Below are positions 41,001 through 56,000 of a DNA stretch of 64,000 nucleotides, piece by piece (position 1 is the first letter of the stretch; each line of letters begins with the position of its first letter). This DNA is from Flectonema sp. DT1601 (Eukaryota), in assembly GCA_964019425.1 (NCBI GenBank), contig OZ025787.1, forward strand, positions 682,001 to 746,000, read 5' to 3'. The notes under the pieces were generated by a model. It had not been told where the DNA came from, did not search any database, and was given only the letters and a program-made list of their open reading frames with translations. Both the position numbers and the translations under genes were made by a program.

Positions 41001-44000
41001 GCCAGCAGAAACGTCCATCTTGAAGTCCGTCACAGCATACCCACTAAAGAATATGTGCACCCCACCGGCTCCAGGGGGAATAACGAGGGAAGGCGACGCC
41101 GCGTAGCTCGACGAGCTGATTTCTCTCGAACCCGACAGCGTCAAGTGACTACCAGCCACATGCTGAGGTACCTCCCCAACCCCGTCGCTGTAGCTGTTGA
41201 AATCCTCAGAAACCAAACCGACAGGAATCAGATCGCTTCCGTCGTACGAAAACACGACAGAAGTCACCCAAATGTGTTCATCAGCATCGGGGATGCTGGG
41301 CGTGGTCAGGGAAACGAAGTCTACGTCAGTCTCAGTGACAAACTCGTAGCAGTAGAACGACTCCGCAGCCGAACAACGGTTTGCGATGGAAGGGGAAGCA
41401 GTCTCCACAACAACACCCTTGTTCCTCAGTGTTACCGATATTGTGCGCAACGGAGCCCCTCCCTGCTCCAGCGACGCAAACTGAATGCGAATTCCCCTCG
41501 TGGAACGAAAGGAGAACGAGATGCCAACCTCCGCATCAGACGGGAGTTCCCAGCCTCTGCGAGTCACAACAGCACCGCTCGCCACATCGAACAGCGCATA
41601 GCAATCAGATACAACGCTGGATACTCCGATCGCTCCAATTGAATTTACCATGTACTTCAGATTATCAAATGTGGTGTGGTCAAAGTCTGATTCGAAAGGC
41701 AGTGTCAATCTCCCCTGCGGGATCACAATCGAGCCGTCGAACGAGTAAAACACGTCGTCGACGAAAATCGTCCCGACAGTCGGGACAGTGAGAATCAGCT
41801 TGTCGAACCCTGAACCCACCCAAGTGTGCGCGTACTTCGAATTCAAACCTGATTCGAACAGGGTGATTGTTTCCGAAAGTAGAACAGAGTCCTTCCGCAT
41901 TCCCTCAATCGCAACCACGATATCCGTGTCCGACCAGATCGTTACGCGAAAGTTTGAAACCGGCATGAAATCAAACGACATTTCCTTCCGCGTGAAAGGC
42001 TCGATCTTCCAAGACTGAGTGTTCAATCCAGTGTCACTTCCGATAACTTCCGTATGATCGCCAAGACGGTTGATGTACTGCCCGACAAAGTCTGTCGACT
42101 CGAACGTCGTGCCGTCTACCAAGTCAAAATTGAGCATCTTCACACCATCGGTCAGTTCCATGCCCCCCTCATCAAATGAGAACCAGATCGTATCGATGTG
42201 CAAATTGCCAGCTGCTTCATCGGCACCAGTGATGCGAACCTTGTCAGCTGAACCCACCACGAAGGTGGAGCAATACCAAGAACCTTCGCCAGTCACGCAA
42301 GGTACATCAAGCGTCTGCGTCACTACCTCAGTTGAGGACCGGCGATGCTCCGCCACTGTCACCGCCGTCACAGATTCCGATGCAACAGTAACGCGAAGGT
42401 GCCAAACATCCAGAGGAATGGCGCGATGCTCATCAATCGGGAGCCCGAATTCGAACTCGGCACCAGAAGCGGAGGACACTGTCCAGCTGTTGCTTCCGTC
42501 GTAACGGGTAGCTACGCCGCTGGATACGATCCTCGTCGGACCGATTGCGTGCACAAAGTGGCTCTCGCTGAACTGCGTACTCGTGAATGAACTCAATCCG
42601 TTGAAATCCAATTTATATGGATTGTCAGTGGGGTTCACAGAAGTACCGTCGAACGTGAAGACGACATCGTCAATGTAGATCTCGTCTCCGGAGGACACCG
42701 TGACAGCATCGGCACCGGTCCCAGTCAACTCGACACAGTAGACGTCAGGAGCGGTCCCAGCATTGCACGCACAACAAGCCTCGGACGCAATGAACGTGTT
42801 TCTATACGCCTCATCCACACCGGCATCACCGCAACTCTCCGCGGTCTCATAGTACACGCAATTATCCCCTTGGTTGTCGGTCCACTCCACCCCCGGTGAC
42901 AATTCCAAGTCAGAGCAGGGAACCGACGGTGGCTTGACAATGTCGCTGCCTCCGCACACAGCAGCATCATCCCCAGTCACAGCACCCGATGACACAACAG
43001 CGCCATCATTGGTGAAGGTGTACGAGGCAGAGAAGGTCGGAGAAAACGAAACAACAACGAACCTGAAGGTTGACATCGGGAAGAACATCGTGCGGAACAC
43101 GAAATCACCAGAAGCATCAACGGCAACCGACAGACTGTTGTCGAATGAGAAATCAGAATGCCTAGCCCCCCACTCATAGATGTGATTTCCGCGATATCCG
43201 GAACCGGATTCCACATCGTCAAATGTCGCAGCCAACCTCCCGAGAGGAACAACCGCCGTGCCGTCGAAAGAGTAACTGAGATCATCGACATAAAACGTAT
43301 CCCCGGAAGGGGTGATCACAATCGTATCAAACGGACTCCCGTTCACAAACGAGTCGCAGAACATCCCCTCGCCGCACGGAATGCTGGCCCGAGTGGTGAC
43401 ACTCTCAACCACGATGTCCTTCAACTTCGTCACAACCTCATAAGAGCCCTCACTGCCAGCAGAAACGTCCATCTTGAAGTCCGTCACAGCATACCCACTA
43501 AAGAATATGTGCACCCCACCGGCTCCAGGGGGAATAACGAGGGAAGGCGACGCCGCGTAGCTCGACGAGCTGATTTCTCTCGAACCCGACAGCGTCAAGT
43601 GACTACCAGCCACATGCTGAGGTACCTCCCCAACCCCGTCGCTGTAGCTGTTGAAATCCTCAGAAACCAAACCGACAGGAATCAGATCGCTTCCGTCGTA
43701 CGAAAACACGACAGAAGTCACCCAAATGTGTTCATCAGCATCGGGGATGCTGGGCGTGGTCAGGGAAACGAAGTCTACGTCAGTCTCAGTGACAAACTCG
43801 TAGCAGTAGAACGACTCCGCAGCCGAACAACGGTTTGCGATGGAAGGGGAAGCAGTCTCCACAACAACACCCTTGTTCCTCAGTGTTACCGATATTGTGC
43901 GCAACGGAGCCCCTCCCTGCTCCAGCGACGCAAACTGAATGCGAATTCCCCTCGTGGAACGAAAGGAGAACGAGATGCCAACCTCCGCATCAGACGGGAG

Positions 44001-47000
44001 TTCCCAGCCTCTGCGAGTCACAACAGCACCGCTCGCCACATCGAACAGCGCATAGCAATCAGATACAACGCTGGATACTCCGATCGCTCCAATTGAATTT
44101 ACCATGTACTTCAGATTATCAAATGTGGTGTGGTCAAAGTCTGATTCGAAAGGCAGTGTCAATCTCCCCTGCGGGATCACAATCGAGCCGTCGAACGAGT
44201 AAAACACGTCGTCGACGAAAATCGTCCCGACAGTCGGGACAGTGAGAATCAGCTTGTCGAACCCTGAACCCACCCAAGTGTGCGCGTACTTCGAATTCAA
44301 ACCTGATTCGAACAGGGTGATTGTTTCCGAAAGTAGAACAGAGTCCTTCCGCATTCCCTCAATCGCAACCACGATATCCGTGTCCGACCAGATCGTTACG
44401 CGAAAGTTTGAAACCGGCATGAAATCAAACGACATTTCCTTCCGCGTGAAAGGCTCGATCTTCCAAGACTGAGTGTTCAATCCAGTGTCACTTCCGATAA
44501 CTTCCGTATGATCGCCAAGACGGTTGATGTACTGCCCGACAAAGTCTGTCGACTCGAACGTCGTGCCGTCTACCAAGTCAAAATTGAGCATCTTCACACC
44601 ATCGGTCAGTTCCATGCCCCCCTCATCAAATGAGAACCAGATCGTATCGATGTGCAAATTGCCAGCTGCTTCATCGGCACCAGTGATGCGAACCTTGTCA
44701 GCTGAACCCACCACGAAGGTGGAGCAATACCAAGAACCTTCGCCAGTCACGCAAGGTACATCAAGCGTCTGCGTCACTACCTCAGTTGAGGACCGGCGAT
44801 GCTCCGCCACTGTCACCGCCGTCACAGATTCCGATGCAACAGTAACGCGAAGGTGCCAAACATCCAGAGGAATGGCGCGATGCTCATCAATCGGGAGCCC
44901 GAATTCGAACTCGGCACCAGAAGCGGAGGACACTGTCCAGCTGTTGCTTCCGTCGTAACGGGTAGCTACGCCGCTGGATACGATCCTCGTCGGACCGATT
45001 GCGTGCACAAAGTGGCTCTCGCTGAACTGCGTACTCGTGAATGAACTCAATCCGTTGAAATCCAATTTATATGGATTGTCAGTGGGGTTCACAGAAGTAC
45101 CGTCGAACGTGAAGACGACATCGTCAATGTAGATCTCGTCTCCGGAGGACACCGTGACAGCATCGGCACCGGTCCCAGTCAACTCGACACAGTAGACGTC
45201 AGGAGCGGTCCCAGCATTGCACGCACAACAAGCCTCGGACGCAATGAACGTGTTTCTATACGCCTCATCCACACCGGCATCACCGCAACTCTCCGCGGTC
45301 TCATAGTACACGCAATTATCCCCTTGGTTGTCGGTCCACTCCACCCCCGGTGACAATTCCAAGTCAGAGCAGGGAACCGACGGTGGCTTGACAATGTCGC
45401 TGCCTCCGCACACAGCAGCATCATCCCCAGTCACAGCACCCGATGACACAACAGCGCCATCATTGGTGAAGGTGTACGAGGCAGAGAAGGTCGGAGAAAA
45501 CGAAACAACAACGAACCTGAAGGTTGACATCGGGAAGAACATCGTGCGGAACACGAAATCACCAGAAGCATCAACGGCAACCGACAGACTGTTGTCGAAT
45601 GAGAAATCAGAATGCCTAGCCCCCCACTCATAGATGTGATTTCCGCGATATCCGGAACCGGATTCCACATCGTCAAATGTCGCAGCCAACCTCCCGAGAG
45701 GAACAACCGCCGTGCCGTCGAAAGAGTAACTGAGATCATCGACATAAAACGTATCCCCGGAAGGGGTGATCACAATCGTATCAAACGGACTCCCGTTCAC
45801 AAACGAGTCGCAGAACATCCCCTCGCCGCACGGAATGCTGGCCCGAGTGGTGACACTCTCAACCACGATGTCCTTCAACTTCGTCACAACCTCATAAGAG
45901 CCCTCACTGCCAGCAGAAACGTCCATCTTGAAGTCCGTCACAGCATACCCACTAAAGAATATGTGCACCCCACCGGCTCCAGGGGGAATAACGAGGGAAG
46001 GCGACGCCGCGTAGCTCGACGAGCTGATTTCTCTCGAACCCGACAGCGTCAAGTGACTACCAGCCACATGCTGAGGTACCTCCCCAACCCCGTCGCTGTA
46101 GCTGTTGAAATCCTCAGAAACCAAACCGACAGGAATCAGATCGCTTCCGTCGTACGAAAACACGACAGAAGTCACCCAAATGTGTTCATCAGCATCGGGG
46201 ATGCTGGGCGTGGTCAGGGAAACGAAGTCTACGTCAGTCTCAGTGACAAACTCGTAGCAGTAGAACGACTCCGCAGCCGAACAACGGTTTGCGATGGAAG
46301 GGGAAGCAGTCTCCACAACAACACCCTTGTTCCTCAGTGTTACCGATATTGTGCGCAACGGAGCCCCTCCCTGCTCCAGCGACGCAAACTGAATGCGAAT
46401 TCCCCTCGTGGAACGAAAGGAGAACGAGATGCCAACCTCCGCATCAGACGGGAGTTCCCAGCCTCTGCGAGTCACAACAGCACCGCTCGCCACATCGAAC
46501 AGCGCATAGCAATCAGATACAACGCTGGATACTCCGATCGCTCCAATTGAATTTACCATGTACTTCAGATTATCAAATGTGGTGTGGTCAAAGTCTGATT
46601 CGAAAGGCAGTGTCAATCTCCCCTGCGGGATCACAATCGAGCCGTCGAACGAGTAAAACACGTCGTCGACGAAAATCGTCCCGACAGTCGGGACAGTGAG
46701 AATCAGCTTGTCGAACCCTGAACCCACCCAAGTGTGCGCGTACTTCGAATTCAAACCTGATTCGAACAGGGTGATTGTTTCCGAAAGTAGAACAGAGTCC
46801 TTCCGCATTCCCTCAATCGCAACCACGATATCCGTGTCCGACCAGATCGTTACGCGAAAGTTTGAAACCGGCATGAAATCAAACGACATTTCCTTCCGCG
46901 TGAAAGGCTCGATCTTCCAAGACTGAGTGTTCAATCCAGTGTCACTTCCGATAACTTCCGTATGATCGCCAAGACGGTTGATGTACTGCCCGACAAAGTC

Positions 47001-50000
47001 TGTCGACTCGAACGTCGTGCCGTCTACCAAGTCAAAATTGAGCATCTTCACACCATCGGTCAGTTCCATGCCCCCCTCATCAAATGAGAACCAGATCGTA
47101 TCGATGTGCAAATTGCCAGCTGCTTCATCGGCACCAGTGATGCGAACCTTGTCAGCTGAACCCACCACGAAGGTGGAGCAATACCAAGAACCTTCGCCAG
47201 TCACGCAAGGTACATCAAGCGTCTGCGTCACTACCTCAGTTGAGGACCGGCGATGCTCCGCCACTGTCACCGCCGTCACAGATTCCGATGCAACAGTAAC
47301 GCGAAGGTGCCAAACATCCAGAGGAATGGCGCGATGCTCATCAATCGGGAGCCCGAATTCGAACTCGGCACCAGAAGCGGAGGACACTGTCCAGCTGTTG
47401 CTTCCGTCGTAACGGGTAGCTACGCCGCTGGATACGATCCTCGTCGGACCGATTGCGTGCACAAAGTGGCTCTCGCTGAACTGCGTACTCGTGAATGAAC
47501 TCAATCCGTTGAAATCCAATTTATATGGATTGTCAGTGGGGTTCACAGAAGTACCGTCGAACGTGAAGACGACATCGTCAATGTAGATCTCGTCTCCGGA
47601 GGACACCGTGACAGCATCGGCACCGGTCCCAGTCAACTCGACACAGTAGACGTCAGGAGCGGTCCCAGCATTGCACGCACAACAAGCCTCGGACGCAATG
47701 AACGTGTTTCTATACGCCTCATCCACACCGGCATCACCGCAACTCTCCGCGGTCTCATAGTACACGCAATTATCCCCTTGGTTGTCGGTCCACTCCACCC
47801 CCGGTGACAATTCCAAGTCAGAGCAGGGAACCGACGGTGGCTTGACAATGTCGCTGCCTCCGCACACAGCAGCATCATCCCCAGTCACAGCACCCGATGA
47901 CACAACAGCGCCATCATTGGTGAAGGTGTACGAGGCAGAGAAGGTCGGAGAAAACGAAACAACAACGAACCTGAAGGTTGACATCGGGAAGAACATCGTG
48001 CGGAACACGAAATCACCAGAAGCATCAACGGCAACCGACAGACTGTTGTCGAATGAGAAATCAGAATGCCTAGCCCCCCACTCATAGATGTGATTTCCGC
48101 GATATCCGGAACCGGATTCCACATCGTCAAATGTCGCAGCCAACCTCCCGAGAGGAACAACCGCCGTGCCGTCGAAAGAGTAACTGAGATCATCGACATA
48201 AAACGTATCCCCGGAAGGGGTGATCACAATCGTATCAAACGGACTCCCGTTCACAAACGAGTCGCAGAACATCCCCTCGCCGCACGGAATGCTGGCCCGA
48301 GTGGTGACACTCTCAACCACGATGTCCTTCAACTTCGTCACAACCTCATAAGAGCCCTCACTGCCAGCAGAAACGTCCATCTTGAAGTCCGTCACAGCAT
48401 ACCCACTAAAGAATATGTGCACCCCACCGGCTCCAGGGGGAATAACGAGGGAAGGCGACGCCGCGTAGCTCGACGAGCTGATTTCTCTCGAACCCGACAG
48501 CGTCAAGTGACTACCAGCCACATGCTGAGGTACCTCCCCAACCCCGTCGCTGTAGCTGTTGAAATCCTCAGAAACCAAACCGACAGGAATCAGATCGCTT
48601 CCGTCGTACGAAAACACGACAGAAGTCACCCAAATGTGTTCATCAGCATCGGGGATGCTGGGCGTGGTCAGGGAAACGAAGTCTACGTCAGTCTCAGTGA
48701 CAAACTCGTAGCAGTAGAACGACTCCGCAGCCGAACAACGGTTTGCGATGGAAGGGGAAGCAGTCTCCACAACAACACCCTTGTTCCTCAGTGTTACCGA
48801 TATTGTGCGCAACGGAGCCCCTCCCTGCTCCAGCGACGCAAACTGAATGCGAATTCCCCTCGTGGAACGAAAGGAGAACGAGATGCCAACCTCCGCATCA
48901 GACGGGAGTTCCCAGCCTCTGCGAGTCACAACAGCACCGCTCGCCACATCGAACAGCGCATAGCAATCAGATACAACGCTGGATACTCCGATCGCTCCAA
49001 TTGAATTTACCATGTACTTCAGATTATCAAATGTGGTGTGGTCAAAGTCTGATTCGAAAGGCAGTGTCAATCTCCCCTGCGGGATCACAATCGAGCCGTC
49101 GAACGAGTAAAACACGTCGTCGACGAAAATCGTCCCGACAGTCGGGACAGTGAGAATCAGCTTGTCGAACCCTGAACCCACCCAAGTGTGCGCGTACTTC
49201 GAATTCAAACCTGATTCGAACAGGGTGATTGTTTCCGAAAGTAGAACAGAGTCCTTCCGCATTCCCTCAATCGCAACCACGATATCCGTGTCCGACCAGA
49301 TCGTTACGCGAAAGTTTGAAACCGGCATGAAATCAAACGACATTTCCTTCCGCGTGAAAGGCTCGATCTTCCAAGACTGAGTGTTCAATCCAGTGTCACT
49401 TCCGATAACTTCCGTATGATCGCCAAGACGGTTGATGTACTGCCCGACAAAGTCTGTCGACTCGAACGTCGTGCCGTCTACCAAGTCAAAATTGAGCATC
49501 TTCACACCATCGGTCAGTTCCATGCCCCCCTCATCAAATGAGAACCAGATCGTATCGATGTGCAAATTGCCAGCTGCTTCATCGGCACCAGTGATGCGAA
49601 CCTTGTCAGCTGAACCCACCACGAAGGTGGAGCAATACCAAGAACCTTCGCCAGTCACGCAAGGTACATCAAGCGTCTGCGTCACTACCTCAGTTGAGGA
49701 CCGGCGATGCTCCGCCACTGTCACCGCCGTCACAGATTCCGATGCAACAGTAACGCGAAGGTGCCAAACATCCAGAGGAATGGCGCGATGCTCATCAATC
49801 GGGAGCCCGAATTCGAACTCGGCACCAGAAGCGGAGGACACTGTCCAGCTGTTGCTTCCGTCGTAACGGGTAGCTACGCCGCTGGATACGATCCTCGTCG
49901 GACCGATTGCGTGCACAAAGTGGCTCTCGCTGAACTGCGTACTCGTGAATGAACTCAATCCGTTGAAATCCAATTTATATGGATTGTCAGTGGGGTTCAC

Positions 50001-53000
50001 AGAAGTACCGTCGAACGTGAAGACGACATCGTCAATGTAGATCTCGTCTCCGGAGGACACCGTGACAGCATCGGCACCGGTCCCAGTCAACTCGACACAG
50101 TAGACGTCAGGAGCGGTCCCAGCATTGCACGCACAACAAGCCTCGGACGCAATGAACGTGTTTCTATACGCCTCATCCACACCGGCATCACCGCAACTCT
50201 CCGCGGTCTCATAGTACACGCAATTATCCCCTTGGTTGTCGGTCCACTCCACCCCCGGTGACAATTCCAAGTCAGAGCAGGGAACCGACGGTGGCTTGAC
50301 AATGTCGCTGCCTCCGCACACAGCAGCATCATCCCCAGTCACAGCACCCGATGACACAACAGCGCCATCATTGGTGAAGGTGTACGAGGCAGAGAAGGTC
50401 GGAGAAAACGAAACAACAACGAACCTGAAGGTTGACATCGGGAAGAACATCGTGCGGAACACGAAATCACCAGAAGCATCAACGGCAACCGACAGACTGT
50501 TGTCGAATGAGAAATCAGAATGCCTAGCCCCCCACTCATAGATGTGATTTCCGCGATATCCGGAACCGGATTCCACATCGTCAAATGTCGCAGCCAACCT
50601 CCCGAGAGGAACAACCGCCGTGCCGTCGAAAGAGTAACTGAGATCATCGACATAAAACGTATCCCCGGAAGGGGTGATCACAATCGTATCAAACGGACTC
50701 CCGTTCACAAACGAGTCGCAGAACATCCCCTCGCCGCACGGAATGCTGGCCCGAGTGGTGACACTCTCAACCACGATGTCCTTCAACTTCGTCACAACCT
50801 CATAAGAGCCCTCACTGCCAGCAGAAACGTCCATCTTGAAGTCCGTCACAGCATACCCACTAAAGAATATGTGCACCCCACCGGCTCCAGGGGGAATAAC
50901 GAGGGAAGGCGACGCCGCGTAGCTCGACGAGCTGATTTCTCTCGAACCCGACAGCGTCAAGTGACTACCAGCCACATGCTGAGGTACCTCCCCAACCCCG
51001 TCGCTGTAGCTGTTGAAATCCTCAGAAACCAAACCGACAGGAATCAGATCGCTTCCGTCGTACGAAAACACGACAGAAGTCACCCAAATGTGTTCATCAG
51101 CATCGGGGATGCTGGGCGTGGTCAGGGAAACGAAGTCTACGTCAGTCTCAGTGACAAACTCGTAGCAGTAGAACGACTCCGCAGCCGAACAACGGTTTGC
51201 GATGGAAGGGGAAGCAGTCTCCACAACAACACCCTTGTTCCTCAGTGTTACCGATATTGTGCGCAACGGAGCCCCTCCCTGCTCCAGCGACGCAAACTGA
51301 ATGCGAATTCCCCTCGTGGAACGAAAGGAGAACGAGATGCCAACCTCCGCATCAGACGGGAGTTCCCAGCCTCTGCGAGTCACAACAGCACCGCTCGCCA
51401 CATCGAACAGCGCATAGCAATCAGATACAACGCTGGATACTCCGATCGCTCCAATTGAATTTACCATGTACTTCAGATTATCAAATGTGGTGTGGTCAAA
51501 GTCTGATTCGAAAGGCAGTGTCAATCTCCCCTGCGGGATCACAATCGAGCCGTCGAACGAGTAAAACACGTCGTCGACGAAAATCGTCCCGACAGTCGGG
51601 ACAGTGAGAATCAGCTTGTCGAACCCTGAACCCACCCAAGTGTGCGCGTACTTCGAATTCAAACCTGATTCGAACAGGGTGATTGTTTCCGAAAGTAGAA
51701 CAGAGTCCTTCCGCATTCCCTCAATCGCAACCACGATATCCGTGTCCGACCAGATCGTTACGCGAAAGTTTGAAACCGGCATGAAATCAAACGACATTTC
51801 CTTCCGCGTGAAAGGCTCGATCTTCCAAGACTGAGTGTTCAATCCAGTGTCACTTCCGATAACTTCCGTATGATCGCCAAGACGGTTGATGTACTGCCCG
51901 ACAAAGTCTGTCGACTCGAACGTCGTGCCGTCTACCAAGTCAAAATTGAGCATCTTCACACCATCGGTCAGTTCCATGCCCCCCTCATCAAATGAGAACC
52001 AGATCGTATCGATGTGCAAATTGCCAGCTGCTTCATCGGCACCAGTGATGCGAACCTTGTCAGCTGAACCCACCACGAAGGTGGAGCAATACCAAGAACC
52101 TTCGCCAGTCACGCAAGGTACATCAAGCGTCTGCGTCACTACCTCAGTTGAGGACCGGCGATGCTCCGCCACTGTCACCGCCGTCACAGATTCCGATGCA
52201 ACAGTAACGCGAAGGTGCCAAACATCCAGAGGAATGGCGCGATGCTCATCAATCGGGAGCCCGAATTCGAACTCGGCACCAGAAGCGGAGGACACTGTCC
52301 AGCTGTTGCTTCCGTCGTAACGGGTAGCTACGCCGCTGGATACGATCCTCGTCGGACCGATTGCGTGCACAAAGTGGCTCTCGCTGAACTGCGTACTCGT
52401 GAATGAACTCAATCCGTTGAAATCCAATTTATATGGATTGTCAGTGGGGTTCACAGAAGTACCGTCGAACGTGAAGACGACATCGTCAATGTAGATCTCG
52501 TCTCCGGAGGACACCGTGACAGCATCGGCACCGGTCCCAGTCAACTCGACACAGTAGACGTCAGGAGCGGTCCCAGCATTGCACGCACAACAAGCCTCGG
52601 ACGCAATGAACGTGTTTCTATACGCCTCATCCACACCGGCATCACCGCAACTCTCCGCGGTCTCATAGTACACGCAATTATCCCCTTGGTTGTCGGTCCA
52701 CTCCACCCCCGGTGACAATTCCAAGTCAGAGCAGGGAACCGACGGTGGCTTGACAATGTCGCTGCCTCCGCACACAGCAGCATCATCCCCAGTCACAGCA
52801 CCCGATGACACAACAGCGCCATCATTGGTGAAGGTGTACGAGGCAGAGAAGGTCGGAGAAAACGAAACAACAACGAACCTGAAGGTTGACATCGGGAAGA
52901 ACATCGTGCGGAACACGAAATCACCAGAAGCATCAACGGCAACCGACAGACTGTTGTCGAATGAGAAATCAGAATGCCTAGCCCCCCACTCATAGATGTG

Positions 53001-56000
53001 ATTTCCGCGATATCCGGAACCGGATTCCACATCGTCAAATGTCGCAGCCAACCTCCCGAGAGGAACAACCGCCGTGCCGTCGAAAGAGTAACTGAGATCA
53101 TCGACATAAAACGTATCCCCGGAAGGGGTGATCACAATCGTATCAAACGGACTCCCGTTCACAAACGAGTCGCAGAACATCCCCTCGCCGCACGGAATGC
53201 TGGCCCGAGTGGTGACACTCTCAACCACGATGTCCTTCAACTTCGTCACAACCTCATAAGAGCCCTCACTGCCAGCAGAAACGTCCATCTTGAAGTCCGT
53301 CACAGCATACCCACTAAAGAATATGTGCACCCCACCGGCTCCAGGGGGAATAACGAGGGAAGGCGACGCCGCGTAGCTCGACGAGCTGATTTCTCTCGAA
53401 CCCGACAGCGTCAAGTGACTACCAGCCACATGCTGAGGTACCTCCCCAACCCCGTCGCTGTAGCTGTTGAAATCCTCAGAAACCAAACCGACAGGAATCA
53501 GATCGCTTCCGTCGTACGAAAACACGACAGAAGTCACCCAAATGTGTTCATCAGCATCGGGGATGCTGGGCGTGGTCAGGGAAACGAAGTCTACGTCAGT
53601 CTCAGTGACAAACTCGTAGCAGTAGAACGACTCCGCAGCCGAACAACGGTTTGCGATGGAAGGGGAAGCAGTCTCCACAACAACACCCTTGTTCCTCAGT
53701 GTTACCGATATTGTGCGCAACGGAGCCCCTCCCTGCTCCAGCGACGCAAACTGAATGCGAATTCCCCTCGTGGAACGAAAGGAGAACGAGATGCCAACCT
53801 CCGCATCAGACGGGAGTTCCCAGCCTCTGCGAGTCACAACAGCACCGCTCGCCACATCGAACAGCGCATAGCAATCAGATACAACGCTGGATACTCCGAT
53901 CGCTCCAATTGAATTTACCATGTACTTCAGATTATCAAATGTGGTGTGGTCAAAGTCTGATTCGAAAGGCAGTGTCAATCTCCCCTGCGGGATCACAATC
54001 GAGCCGTCGAACGAGTAAAACACGTCGTCGACGAAAATCGTCCCGACAGTCGGGACAGTGAGAATCAGCTTGTCGAACCCTGAACCCACCCAAGTGTGCG
54101 CGTACTTCGAATTCAAACCTGATTCGAACAGGGTGATTGTTTCCGAAAGTAGAACAGAGTCCTTCCGCATTCCCTCAATCGCAACCACGATATCCGTGTC
54201 CGACCAGATCGTTACGCGAAAGTTTGAAACCGGCATGAAATCAAACGACATTTCCTTCCGCGTGAAAGGCTCGATCTTCCAAGACTGAGTGTTCAATCCA
54301 GTGTCACTTCCGATAACTTCCGTATGATCGCCAAGACGGTTGATGTACTGCCCGACAAAGTCTGTCGACTCGAACGTCGTGCCGTCTACCAAGTCAAAAT
54401 TGAGCATCTTCACACCATCGGTCAGTTCCATGCCCCCCTCATCAAATGAGAACCAGATCGTATTGAGGTGCATGTTACCAGTTTCTTCGTTAGCACCAGT
54501 GATGCGAACCTTGTCAGCTGTACCCACCACGAAGGTGGAGCAATACCAAGAACCTTCGCCAGTCACGCAAGGTACATCAATTGTTGGAGTAATTACTTCA
54601 GTTGATGATTGAAGAAAAGTTCGTAGTCGAATCTGAGTTATAAATGGAACTGAAACAGTCACGCGGAAATGCTGAATTACTAAAGAAAGAGAAAAGTCAT
54701 CGATTGGAAGCCCAAATTCCAATTGAAAACCCGTCATGATTGATGACTCCCACTCATTAAAAAGATCGCCGTTGGATACGATCCTCGTCGGACCGATTGC
54801 GTGCACAAAGTGGCTCTCGCTGAACTGCGTACTCGTGAATGAACTCAATCCGTTGAAATCCAATTTATATGGATTGTCAGTGGGGTTCACAGAAGTACCG
54901 TCGAACGTGAAGACGACATCGTCAATGTAGATCTCGTCTCCGGAGGATACCGTGACAGCATCGGCACCGGTCCCAGTCAACTCGACACAGTAGACGTCAG
55001 TTGCGGTCCCAGCATTGCACGCACAACAAGCTTCATTGGCAGTATAAACATTTCTATAATATTGACCATCAGATTCACATATTCCAGGTTCACTATATGA
55101 ATTACAGTTTTCACCACGGATATCTTCCCATTGGTTTCCAGAAGCAAATTTTAAGTCTGAGCAAGTGACAGAAGGAGGCTTGATAACAGAACTACCTCCA
55201 CAAATAAAAGCATCTGCTTCAGTAACATTTCCTATTGCGATAAGAGTTCCATCGTTTTCAATCTCATAGGTGGCGACAAATGAAGCAGAAAAAGATATGA
55301 TGTAAAGTCTAAATGACATTGGCATGAACATGGTTTGAAAATAAAATGAACTTCCAGAAGTAACAACGACAGAATCAGAATTGTCCCATGAGTAGCCTGA
55401 GAGAGTAGAACCCCAATAATATATAAATTGTGGTTGGTAGGCTGAAGATGATTCAATTCTCGTAAAAGACGCAAACTGCCTCCCAACAAGAACTGCAGAT
55501 CCTCCATCAAAGGTGTAAAATATATCACCAATATGTAGATCTCCCTTATTAGAAAGAATTTCTATTTCGTCAAAAACATCGTCAGCAGATGAGACGTACG
55601 TGTCACACACAAAACCATTGCATGGAATGGCAGCAGTAAAGGTTCGTTGTTGTTTTTGTCGTTTTTTATATTTATTGAAAATTGTGTATTGACAATTATC
55701 TAAAGACGCACAGGATACCGTTAGACGAAGAGAGGTCACTAAGAAACTTCTAAATGATAAAACTGATGATTGTCCCTCAGAAATAGAAAGAGAGCTGCGA
55801 GAGTTGTAGTCTTCAGTAATATCACGAGAACCCGACACTAACACGTGAGAGTCATGAATAGCAGTGTTGGGAATTGTATTAGGTCCCAGTTCGTAGTCTT
55901 TAAAATCAATAGTGTACAACCCTAACGGGATAATATTTGAACCGTCAAAGGAGAATGATATATCAATAATCATTATTGATGAATCAGTTGTTACGATTTC

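Noticed and set aside
37692..54463. Array as CRISPR, satellite or transposon cluster
   Set aside because: There are no spacers, terminal inverted repeats, target-site duplications or transposase/RT motifs. The unit is 818 in-frame codons homologous to the flanking coding units.
37677..54930. Recurrent + strand ORFs (312, 144, 136, 101, 81, 76 aa) and alternative-frame minus ORFs in the array
   Set aside because: They are shadows of the main frame in GC-rich sequence, have no recognisable motifs, and recur only because the DNA is repeated.
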